From assembly GCA_000708835.1 (NCBI GenBank), contig DF237040.1, positions 124,001 through 188,000 of the forward strand: a stretch of DNA of 64,000 nt, in the 5' to 3' direction. The notes under the pieces are model-generated. The model saw only the letters and a list, made by a program, of their open reading frames with translations, searched no databases and was not told the DNA's origin. The stretch comes from Klebsormidium nitens. Its lineage: Eukaryota; Plantae; Klebsormidiophyceae. Positions 46,878-58,493 of this stretch are shown piece after piece; the stretch's first letter is position 1; each line of letters begins with the position of its first letter. Made by a program: the position numbers and the translations under genes.

Positions 46878-49800
46878 TTCGACTTCAATTATTGCGTTCA
46901 GATCTGCTTTGCCCGGCGCCCTTGGACAAAACACAATGAGCACCTGCGCGATGGTACGTTGGGAGGTGCCCACCTGCCGGCGAAGATCATCCACGGTTGA
47001 TCAATAGAAAACTGCTTTGTAATGTACCTTCTTAAGTCGCACAAGTGCTGAAACCCTCAGAATCGAATTTTTACGGAGTCGTTCTCGGATGACTCACCAA
47101 TGCTTCCGCTCTGCAGTTGTGTAGTATCTGTAGAACATCTTCTTGCCCCCCATTGTCTCTTCCGAGACGCTTGCCCTCAACAAGCGTCAAGTTTTGGGCT
47201 TCGACCGTTGACTTTCTTTTCCATTTCGCAACGGACCGACTGCACCAGCGCGAATCTTCGCCGTCGAGTTGCGAATTCCGAACAGTTTTCCTGACCGGAG
47301 GCAGGATTTTGGTCAGATCAAAGGAGCAAATAACTAGATAAGCAGCTCGATGTTTCGACGTCTCCGAGCAACTCTCCCCCGGCGGATCCCTCTGCCTTAA
47401 TTAAGGCATCTGCTTAGTAAGCGCTGCAATATCCTGCTGCGCGCTCCGCCCACTTACGGCCTGCCACGTGTCACCCTGCCCCTGGGAGCTTGTCCGGGGG
47501 GCTTCTCCCCTGTCTTGGTCATTCCGTGGTACGCAAACAGCTGCCAAAGGCAGCTTAGAGCTTCATATGCGGATGGTGAAAGATGCTGGTATATCAAAGT
47601 TCTCGCTGTACTCCTCTTTTCGAGACTTCCAGGTTCGACTTTGTGCGTGAGAAAAAGAATCGGCAAGGTGGTTGTGACGAAAGCAGAAACTCCGTTTGCC
47701 AGTAGTCGCTCTCTCGATCGCCGTTGTCAATGGAGTCCGCTCACATGAACGTTCCGGCGACTTCTGGCCATTCCGTTTCCGCACGTTTTCCCATTTTGCC
47801 TTGCCTATGTTCTCTCCTCTCAGAGCGTAGGGCCGAACACCGTTCCTTTCCGTGTCGTTCCGTCCTCTCAGACGGGGGACGGAACGGTCAAGTAGCGAGT
47901 GGCGCTTGAGATTGTGGATCCGACACTTGCGAACCTCGTCTAAAATATCTGGTTCCGGTCAGCGCAAGGTATTTCGCCGTCTGGTTTTCTCCTCAGGACT
48001 AGCAAGTAAAATTCTCCTGCCTCAATCGTAGTCGGCTCTCCGTCAGGCAGCCCTTCTTTCCGGCCTCCAAAACGCCCGTTTTGGAATTGATTTTTCTTAA
48101 CCCTGTCGTAAAGCTTTCTAAGTTTGCAGCTTCTAATTTTCGCATGGCAATCGCCCGCAGTTTTCTCGTCCTCAGACTGCGACTACAAAGCAAAGAATGG
48201 CCTATGTAACCCAGGCCCCAATATGTCGAGTCTCCTCTACAAAAGTTCAACTCTTGTATGAAAGCGTGGCTCTTTCTTTTTCAGCCACGTGTCCTGAGGA
48301 CCCAAGCTGTATTTCTTCCGAACTACTTCCGCCTCTGACTTCTGTTCTTAAGGAGGCCGTATCCGAAAGGAAAAATAGTTTCTAAGTGAATCGCAGTCGA
48401 TGTCGAAAGGGCATCTGGTTCTTTACCGCGTACAGAAGCAATCTGGTCAAAAAAGCGCAACATTGATTGTCGAATGAGTGCGTTCCTTGAATAGCAACTG
48501 GCTGAAAGTCAAATCATTTTGAGGATGTAATTACAGCGATGTCTCTCCATTTCTATTGGTATTTCGACAGCAGAGTGATCACGCCAGGATTCTCAGCGAC
48601 TGTCGGACTCGCCAGAGTTTTCAGCCCACCGTCGGGCTTCGGAGCGAGCGGCGTTCGGATCGAGGATGCACGTGGCAAGCAAGTTGCGGGGTTCGAGGAT
48701 CAAGATCTTGAAGAACCGTTTGTATCGAGTCCAGGCAATTAGGACCTAACTTGTAGTCGTGATATTCGAGAAGAAGGAAGGGGATTACTCTCGACAGCTG
48801 GCCTGATTAAAACCCATGCACAGGGCAGCCAAAGAAGGAAGATGACCTAGTAAACGAGTATTCCCTGATACTTTGAAACATTTCTCTAGTAGATTGCGAA
48901 CAAAAGTCAGCACGACAATATATCTCTGCTTTCAAAGACGGCACGGATTCCCCTGGGCGTCTGCGGAATCCTCGAACGGACCTCTTTCGTCGAGAAGTAA
49001 CCTGGAATGTGGGCAAAGACCCACTGGTTGTCTGACGATCACTCACCTCAACAAGGGACTTCTAGACTTTTGGTTGCCAAGAAGCTCATTGGGTGAATTT
49101 TACCTTCCTCTTACCGTCTGAGAAAGGTCTGAGGCAATTAGTGTGTGAGACTACAGAACTTAAGCTGTTCCCTGTGCTAAGTGAATTGAGCGAAGTGTTG
49201 AGACTAGCTGGGCAGTTAGCCGACAATCTTGAGCATATCTTGCTCTGATGCATCTTTTCCGTAGGAAGATAAACGATTCTAGATTCCTAGATACAATCTT
49301 CCAACTTGAACTCCGTCTGCGACCAAAGCTTCCGTTAAGGACAGGGGACATCATTGAAGGCCTTGGGGTTACATAAGTTCCAAACCAAAGTGTCGTTTAA
49401 AATGGTCAGACGGAACGCAGGCAAGAGCATCTTGAAATGAGATCATCTTGCGAAGCTTCAATCATGCTTGGAGGAGAGTTCCCTAGAGACGCGGCAGCTA
49501 AGGTAGCAAGTCTTGCAGTTGTCTAATTTACCGCTTTCTTGCTGGCTTTATCCGGCTGAAACTTTGAAAATCCGTGTGAGCAAGAAGTGGCAGATATGTA
49601 CGAAGTCTCTTGTCGCGATGAAGAACAAAGGTCCAGAGCTCTACGCGGAGAAGCAGTCCGCCCTGGCGCTCTTTTCTCTGAGGGGGTGCAAAGAACCCAA
49701 GAAGGAGAAGCGATAGATGAGGCAGGCGAACAGCCCATAGCACCGTTTTCTTCTCCAGCTAAAAGGAGCGAAGCGTAGCATATGATAAGTAAAACGTCGC

Positions 49801-50071
49801 TTTGGTCTGGAGCTTTGCACAGGTGGTTGATTGAAACTTTGGCCTGGCGAGGGGCAGTCCCTTAGAGGAATCAGATGGCCTTTGCTGCCCTTAAGAAAAA
49901 GTCCAGCCCAAACAGCCCCAATTTCGTCGAGGACAGAATGCAGTTGAAAACCTGAGCCTCAGGCCTGCGAGATCCGGCTGTACGTGGTCAAGCATGAGAA
50001 ATGAGCCCCAACCCCGCCCGCGGTAAAGCAAGGCAATACCCAACTTTTCTGGGCGTCTGAGCTTTTGTAAG

Positions 50072-53000
50072 ATGGGTCCTCCATCACACGGAGGATCTGT
50101 GAGTTTTCGGGTGTTCACACTCTGCCTTCTGGTGGGCTCTTGGCTGGTGGAAAGGGGGGCTGCGCAGTGCATTCCCACCACGGTTGAGGCGAAGGTCCCA
50201 GGTAAGAGGTGTGTCATTCCTTCGCCTTCTGAGATGCAATAGTTGCTTAAGAAAACATGATGTGCGTAAGAAACAGGTCTGCTTTCAAATTCTCAAACCT
50301 TGGTGGGAAAGAAAGTAGAAAATGATAGAAGGACATTCCTGTTGATGGGGGGCTCGTTTTACGGCGATTTTTGCTCACTCGTTCCCGCTTACCTGAGCCC
50401 GTGAAAGGGCCACCAGATCTCTTCTTTTGCCTAACGGAATTCAAAAGCGCACAGGGGTTTCTGCCCGCGAAAGTGAAAGTCGGTCTGTCTGTGAACTTTT
50501 CAGTTCCACTTCTCGCAAGATTGACCTTCCTTCTAGTGAAAGCAAAGTATATGCACCATAAATGTGCCAGAGGTTATTCCAAATCAATCAGCCATCCCGT
50601 TCCGGTTCCGCAGGCCTGGCGGTGCCGTACCTTTCCACGTGCCTGAACGGATCTTATTCGCTCAAGTTTGCTGACGGCGTCTCTTCCCACACCGTGGTCG
50701 TCACAATTCAAAGCCCCACCGGACAGACCGTCTCTATTACAGGTAAAGCTGGTTAGGCCTTCGCTGGACGAAAATCTTTCCTTTAGTCTTAGGGGCCTCT
50801 TATTACTGAGAGCAGCTAAATCGTACCCCTGCCAACGCAGTGAAATAATTCCAAATGGAACACGTGGCTTTATGTTGCTCTGCTTTCCGACCCGCAAGCG
50901 CGTCATGAAGGTTGCAGGTTCACGTAACTGTCTTGCCCCGCACGCGGAAAAAGTGTTGCCGATCTTACTAGAGTACTTTGATCCATCGAAACTCTTCCGC
51001 TAGTCCTCGTCTGACTTTCGTAGCCAGGAGCGTCAGGTCTTGTACGCGAAGATTTTGTTCTCGAATGCGCTCAGAACAAGTCGTCTTCACGAATGTCACC
51101 AGTGCGTATAGCATGAGCGAGCGGTGGGCACACGGTTGCAGCATCGAGAGTGTGGTTTCATCGGTCGCACCGTCTGGGATCTTCTTGCTTTTAAAAAATG
51201 ATTATCGTCGAGACTTTGACCGGTGCCTTCGCATACTTGACCGAAACAAATGAAGGACAATAACAAGCTGCCAACCGAAACTGTCGCCATACACTGGTAC
51301 CACTGAAATCTCTTCTGCAAGGTAATCTGAACAGCCAGATCACAACCCTAACGGTGGGCCAGCCCAACGGGCTCGCCAGCACGTGCCAGGGTTTGGGGAT
51401 CTACGCGCGCTCCGAAACGGCGCCGCTGGCGGGCGCCGCGGCCGCGCTGGTTCTGAAGAGACCCTCCGGGGGTTTGCTCAAGCAGAGCGCGCTCACGGGC
51501 GACGGCGGCCGCACCGCGGTAGCCACGTGTCTTGGCTCGAGCAACCAGTACCAATTGCTTCTGAGTGGCGCAGGTGAGGGAGTTGGGTTATCTGGTCTTG
51601 TTTGTCCACTTTCCGTTTCTGTTCATGTAGTACCTGAACTGGATGAAGAAACAGTTTTCTGCTTGTCGAGATTCACTGAATGCCGAGCTACCCACGATCC
51701 CTCGAACGTGGAGTATTTTCCTAGGCGAATTCGGCTCAGTGCTCGCCTGTCTCATCGAGCTGCCAGGCCCCCTGACTCCTTCGCTTCGCTTCCACGCCCC
51801 CTTCGTTGTAGCCAGAATCGAAAGGCTGGCTTCAAATGAGAAAAACGGAAAGTGTACCCGATGAAAGTGAGCGCAGCGCAGCCGCAGCTCATGAAACAAA
51901 GCAACAAAGCGGTTTCCACGTTCACACCAACAAAATTGAGAGAAAAGCTGTGCGAATGCAGTCGAGGAAAAGAGCAGTCGTTAAGGGGTTCATGACCGGC
52001 AGGTTTGGAGAAAAATAAAACTCTTAGTATTGCTGTGCTCTCAGGATCCGTGTTTCGAGCGACCGTTTAATGATAAACCGCATCCACGAAGGCAACTCCG
52101 AAATCTTTGGTGGGTACGGCGAAAGCCCACCCTACTCTAGGTCTTCCAAAGAAACCCTCAGAACATTTCATCTAATTCAAGTGCACACCAAGCCTAAGCT
52201 ATACATTGCCGTAAAGCTGACAAATTCCCGAAATTTCTCCAGATGCCCCTCTTCCCGGATCAATCTTTGTCCAAGCGTTCCTGACACCCACCGTTTGCAC
52301 GGGCTTAATCTTCGACACGACCCCCGATATTCCGATATCCCTCGTCCCCGGTCAAGCAAGCGTCGTCAAACCCTCCTTTAACCCGCCTCCAAACCCGTCC
52401 GCTAGCGCGGTCAATCTAGGCCCCTCGGGGACGTTTACGGGTCCGGGGTTTACGATAACCCGGCCAATCCAAACCCAGAATCAAACTACGTCCCCAAATT
52501 TGCCCGGTGAACCGACTGCAAACACCGCTAACCCGCCCACTAACCCGGTCATATACCAAAGCACGCCCGGGACGTTTCCCCCGGTCGTCGATCCCAGAAC
52601 AGGACTAGTGACCCCGGGCGGACCGATCCCTGTTGGCACTAACCCGGGCGGTAACCCAAGCAGGGTTACGGGCAGTTCACCAAACCCGGTTCCCGAGGGA
52701 AGTTCTGGTCCGCAAAGCGTTAGCGACTCAAAGGAGAGCAGGAAATGGGTCGCGATCGTGGTTCCGATGCTAGTTATCTGCGTGCTAACGAGCGTAGTCG
52801 GCGGGCTGGTCTTTTTTTTCGGGTTACGGAATGTGCGGAGGACGGTTACGGAGCAAATGGCGGAACTGCGGAACGCTCTGATCGGCCGCAGCCGAAGCGG
52901 CAGTCCGAGGGACTACCGCCAGTTCGCGGTTGCAGCAAACCAGGGAAGGGTTAACGGCGTCAGCTCTCGTTCAGAAAACTTAACCCGGGGCCGTGAGAGG

Positions 53001-56000
53001 GATCCCCCCCAAAACTTCAGCGGCGAATACGACGATCTACGTTGGGGCGCTGCTGACGTGGCAAACCCTGAACTGGGCCGAACCAGATCTGGGTTAAGTC
53101 GGAACCAGTCTGGGTTTGGTCCCGACCACTCCGGGTTCGGTCGAGATGAGAGCGGGTTAAGACAGAACGGATCGTCCTTAGTCCCGCCCAGAAGAGGGGT
53201 TCGACCCCCCAATCAAGAAACGGCTTTCCAAACGGACAGAGAAACCGGTCAGCATCGGAGGCTGGAACGGAACCCTAGCCAGTTGCCGGGAGTTGCGGGA
53301 GCGGGACACGTGGCAGACTCGCGGGGCTTACATGGTCAAGGGTCGGCCAGAACCGTGAGGTTAGACCCTAACGGGGACGGTCAGGTTAGGACGGGGGAAA
53401 GCAGGGGGCGTCTCAGAGAGGGTAGCGCGGAAATGAAGAGGACGCTGACGTTTCCCGCCGCAGAAGAAGGCACGTGTTCTTTGCTCGTTCGCTTCCTTCT
53501 TGTCAGCTTCCTTCAATCAACCCTGGTGTATTCATTTGTAAATGCCAAAGTTTTTGAAGATTTTTCTTGTTGGAAGGTATTTCGAAGCTTCTTATCATCT
53601 CGAACTTTCAAAAGGCAAAAGCTTCTCCTCACTTCGAACATTTGTAACGGCAGAAAAGGCTTAGGAGGGTTCGAAACGTGCTAGGCGGAAGTCCGAGCTG
53701 CAAGTCAAGCATCCATAGGTATCGAAGCTGCGCAACCGCTCCGATTGAGTCGATCTGACTGTGTTCGTTCCCATATCGATCTCTATCAATCCTCCTTCCC
53801 TCTTTCTGGGCCTCGAATGATTCTCCGGCTTAAGATCCTCTCTTTGAAGAGTTTCCAAGTAAGTGGCGATTGCGCAGATTGGTTCAAACCACTATATTAT
53901 CGCCTCAAGGCTGAACGGTCCCCGTCCGAGGGTTCCCGTGTAATGTTTTGGTGCGTCATGTTCCTTCGAACGGTCTGACCGACTTGAGGGCTGACCTTCG
54001 ACTTCGATCCGTTCACCTTTCTGGTTCAAACGGTGAAAGATGGTTTGACGAAGTGTATGCTCTACGATGATGACTCTACACAAGTTTAGAGGGCTTTCAA
54101 AGACCCACGCTGAAGTACTCCGAAATTGGCCTTTTATTGAAGATGGTCTACTCAAAGAGATTGATATCATCCTCTGCGCGCTTCTGTCAAGAAGTTGTCG
54201 TATCGCTTTACACGCTAGGACAGCGAAAACCAGAGTGTCTCAATCCGATTCAAATTGTCGTCGTTTTTACAATCCTCACTTCCCTTGCAGCCATCTCGAA
54301 GCTCTTCAGTTGGGCACGCACCAAACCCGCCGATGCTCCCGAAAGAAGCACAGCGCCGCTCCTCCCAAAAGCAAGAGACCCACTCAGAGTCGGACACGTG
54401 TACGTCCCCAGTCAACCCTCCTGGGGTCAGCGAACCAAACCCCGAACCTCAGCCGGCGACACCGCGGCCGCGGCCGCGGCTCCCAGCGCTGACGTTATGG
54501 GAGCGCGCGCGCAAGAGAACGATCTGGAAGCAGCGCGCCACAGTTTGAGCGACTTGGAAGAGGGGCCTTTGGGCGAGCATCATGGCGGGGGGCTGATCGG
54601 AGGAGCGCATCTGCCCCCCCTTGGGAGAGAAAGGCCGACGTATGCTAATCAAGGGATGGAACGGACTTCCGCTGCCCTGGGCGGAGCGAGCGGAATGGTT
54701 GCTGGGCGAGGGCTGTTCCGGCCGAAGTCGGGGGTTCCGCTTGCCAACCAAGACACGCTCGGAAGAGCGAACAGAAGGGAGCCGGAACGGAGGGACGGAA
54801 GAGTCAGCGATGCGGAGATGGAAGAGGAGCCATTGGGAGATCTGGACGAAGGAAGACAGGGAGTCGTCATACGAGGATTGGGACCGATTGAAGAATCTGG
54901 TTTGAGAAGCGCAGTTCTTGGACCAGGGAAAACCCCGAATAGATGGGAGAAACGTGGGGTGCCGGATAGGAGGAAAAGCGTCGACTCGCAGAGTTTGGGA
55001 TCCACGGTGACCAAACGCGTGTCTGACATCGGAAGACACGTGGGCGGCGAAAAGGGCGCCACGTTGCTGGATAAGGATTGGGCTGTCGCGAAGCAAGAGA
55101 CCGGAGATGGGGCTCCCCAAACCAAGGGTGAGGGTTTACTTTTCGAAACGCAGCGTTTTCGAGAAAACGAGAAGGCTTTCGGCGTCGGATCACGACTGGA
55201 GAAAGAAGCCCGTGATGGAGAAAATAATCTGGGTCAAGCGGAAGGGGTTTCCGGGTTTGCGGAGGCGACCGCGGCCACCCGAGAGGGCTATCGCGTGGAT
55301 GACGTCAGGAATCCGGGTTTAGAAAGAACGTCAGGTCTGCAGTCCAGTGCTGAGGAAAGGAGCGGACGGCGGAATTCCGTTGCGCTGAGCGGGGAGCGTT
55401 TCCGCGGAGTCGTGTACGCTTCTCCGGACCCGGTGAAAGCGGAATCCTTCGACAAGGTGCGCGAGTGGTTCAGCAGGGGGGACCACGGTGAGAGCAATCC
55501 GGGCGGCGCGTTTACCGCGGCGGAATGTTTTGGAGCGGAACGGAACGGTGCGGAACGGACTGGTCTAGAGCGCGACGGAACGCAACGGGAGAAAATGGAG
55601 GCGGGGACCCGAATCAAAGAAGAGGAAAGCCGTTCGAAGCGGCAGGTGGCTTTCGAGAGCGGACGATCGGAGAGGAGAGGACATTCGGACAGGAGGGAGG
55701 TCCGAAACGGAAACGGAATAGGCCGGTACGTTCAGGCGGAACGGAGTCCGCTCGCGAGCAACCAGGACTATTGGGAGAAAGAGAGCCTGCTCTTCGGAAA
55801 GAGGCCCCCTCGGTGGGACGCTTCCCCTTCCAAAGCCGCGCACGTCGCGCAAGTTTCTGAAGGCAGGAACGAGACAATTGCGCGGGGCCCCCAACCCACT
55901 CGCGCAACGTTTCGGGACGACAAGGCATCCGAAAAGGTGGGCGCGAAATCCGGGGAGAGCGGCAGAGCGCGACCAAGTGACACGTGGCAAACAGGGAAGT

Positions 56001-56170
56001 TAACCAGAGGCGGCGGGGATGTGCTGCGCGCGCGGGAGAAGCTGGCGGAGGAACTAGAGGCGGGGGGATGGACCCCCGACCGGGCGGACGTGGAAATGGT
56101 CGACTGCCTGCTCTTTGATCTGCCCGAGATGGTGGCCTCGGTGCAACACCTCCGATCGCAGCTAGAATAG
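50072..56170 (+). CDS. Uncharacterised single-pass type I membrane protein, ~1190-1205 aa
   Basis: join(50072..50201,50614..50742,51322..51573,52243..53469 [or ..53421],54291..56170), all phase-1 junctions. Signal peptide MGPPSHGGSVSFRVFTLCLLVGSWLVERGAA, ~200-aa Cys-containing beta-rich ectodomain, Pro/Thr/Asn stalk, TM KWVAIVVPMLVICVLTSVVGGLVFFFGL, and an ~800-aa disordered tail. Confidence 0.72.
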
Positions 56171-57435
56171 AGTACAACGCGCATGAATCGTAACACTTGC
56201 TACTCGCAAATTTGACATTCAGTCCCTGTTTGGAACAACGTTGATTCTACAAAACTCCAGGCAATCTTGTTCGCTCTATACCGAGTATAACTGTTGCAAA
56301 GACGTTGGTGCTCTTGTCGTCTTCTAGTGCACGATGGATTGCAAAATCAAGGGCGTTGTTTGCCCACCTTACAACGTCTAGAAAGGTGAAACAGTGAGGT
56401 ATATTGGGGTGTATTCTGAGCAACGTCTCGCCGGTGGAAAATTGAGAAGTGTTCGTTTCCAATACAGGACGACAAATTGACTGGTTACTTTAAGCGTATT
56501 TGCGTCAATATGCTGGCTTCTCATTCCGGCTTCTGACTTTCCAGACCTTTCGCTGGTCCAGTGGGGTTACCAAAACAAGCTTGTACATCCCATCCAAACA
56601 GCTGCGTAACGGCTTTGATTCGGACCATTTATGGCTGCCGACTGTCATGACTCAAGATCATCTGTCGTTTTCGTTCGATATTATAAAAGCAATGATTGGT
56701 GTTTGAAAGTAACGAGCGTCTATGGGCTCAGTTATCTCACCCTGTGTACATGTCGGCTTCCTGAACTCAATTTGAGAATCTTAACACGCACGTTCGATTT
56801 CAAAAGCATCTAGTAGCTTGCAGGAAGGACGATTCAGGCGCAAGAGGGCCCTGCACTAATCACGCTAGAGGCCTTGTGATCAAGTCAGATGAGCGCCGGG
56901 CCCCGGCCGGGCAGTCCCAAAACAAATGGCTGATGAGCGGAGTACGTACTATCGGATCGCCGTGTCGACTAGCAGGCCCTGTATTGATTGTATAAGCAGG
57001 GCGGTGTCTTTCAGATGCCTCGGAAGCGCCAAAATTGATATATTTTTGGATGTGCTGAATCGGGCTGAATCATTCATTCCCCATTCATTTATGACACATT
57101 TATGACCCCCGATCGACCACTTGTGATTTGTGTGCATAGATGGCATTCTTTTATCGGGAGCGGCGGCAATCAGGTGTCAAAAACACTTGGACCAAGAAGT
57201 ACATGAAACACTCGTTTGAATCGGCTGGCCAGCTGCTCGTTATCGGCCATTGAACGCCTGGATCCCGCTGGGATACAGTATGATGGCGGTCGTTTTGATT
57301 GATCTTGATTTTGTTTATTATACGTCTATAACTACCCTTCAGCTTCGATGTGTGACAGCCATTCGTGCAACGACCTCCATATGGGAAGCGGCCGACCCGT
57401 TTCCTTGCACAAGCCTGATTCCGAAGGGCGAGCAA

Positions 57436-57467
57436 GTTCCGGCCTTGTTCCGGCCTTGTTCCGGCCT
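57436..57467. repeat. 11-bp tandem repeat x3
   Basis: (gttccggcctt)x2 + gttccggcct. Confidence 0.85.
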
Positions 57468-58493
57468 GAGTCTTGCATTTGCATCCGCCGGAGCCACTGC
57501 AATCGATTGAATACGTCTGGCCTCAAGCTTAGCGCGCGCGCTGGTGCAGTCCGTGACATCAGCAAAAAGCAACAGCTGTCCGTAGGCATATGTATTATGT
57601 ACGAAATATCAGGGGGCAAGGAATATTCTGTTCGCACCGATGAGGCAACTGGTGGCCGGTGACCACCATGCACCAGAGGTACCGGTGACCAATCTCTACT
57701 GCTATATACTAGGTACTTATCAGCTAGATTAGCTAGCTCGATCCCCGGACTGGAGTGGTAGAGTGTCCGGCTTAGAAACGGTGTGTTCAGAATTTGGCAC
57801 AAGAAGAATTTTATAGAAAGCGCGTTTGAGCCTTGCAAGTTGCAGTTGCCATTGGGGAGATTGAGCTCTGAGTCCTGCAACTCTGAGTCTAGGTACTACC
57901 GCGGTATAGGATACGGTACCCTGGAATCTGGATAGGAAGAGACTGCTCGCCTGCATGGGCGTCAATAGGCTGAGGATGCTCGCAGCTCCACAAACAGAGC
58001 TCTGACCCTGTTTTGGGGCGCCCTTCTCTCTTGAGCTGCGCGTCACTCAGCTCCACTCAATTTCACGGCTTCTAAAAAGGGGCAGCGTCCTTAGGCTTTA
58101 AACCCGATTCTTAGGGGTCCCTTAAATAGCATCTACGACCGGCGAGCGGGGGTTTTGCCAGCTTTGTACAGCACTTGCTCTCATTGGGGTGTTTCTAGCA
58201 TGTCATTGGCAAGGAACACCAGACGCTCTTGTCTGTCTGTCGCGGACAGGATCCTGGTCAGCCTGACAAGGGGGCTTCCCATTGAAGGGGCTGCTGAACA
58301 GGTTACTCTGCAGAAAGCTGACTTCAGCTGAAAAGTTAATTCATTCAAGTTAGCCTGAAAGTCTCGCCAGCTCCCTTGCAGTAATGCTGCAAACACCATG
58401 TAGCTGACCGCAACTAGGCGTGTCTCTGCTACAGTGCTAGTGAGAACAAGAATGGGCCGGGGAGCTGCTTTGAGGAACAGTTCTGATAGGAAG

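Noticed and set aside
47463-48292. GCCACGTGTC (ABRE/G-box) twice upstream of the membrane-protein gene, with peptide-like similarity between the two regions
   Set aside because: The same 10-mer occurs inside a coding exon (near 51526), the sites are more than 1.7 kb from the ATG, and flanking DNA similarity is negligible.
48539-49778. Coding-looking ORFs 48539..48742 and 49587..49778 as 5' exons of the membrane protein
   Set aside because: A complete signal-peptide exon with ATG at 50072 and a strong phase-1 donor explains the start. These ORFs have no consistent phase chain.
54449-56196. Several 100-220 aa minus-strand ORFs opposite the 677-aa exon
   Set aside because: Shadow ORFs of GC-rich coding sequence with no independent motifs.
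56962-56971. GTGTCGACTA, a partial zinc-deficiency response element (RTGTCGACAY) 1.5 kb upstream of the ZIP gene
   Set aside because: Only 8 of 10 positions match, and the same 8-mer occurs in an unrelated intron near 11096; expected by chance.
56941-58170. GTAC motifs upstream of the ZIP transporter
   Set aside because: About 9 in 1.2-1.5 kb, against 5-6 expected; not convincingly enriched, unlike 42768-43564.
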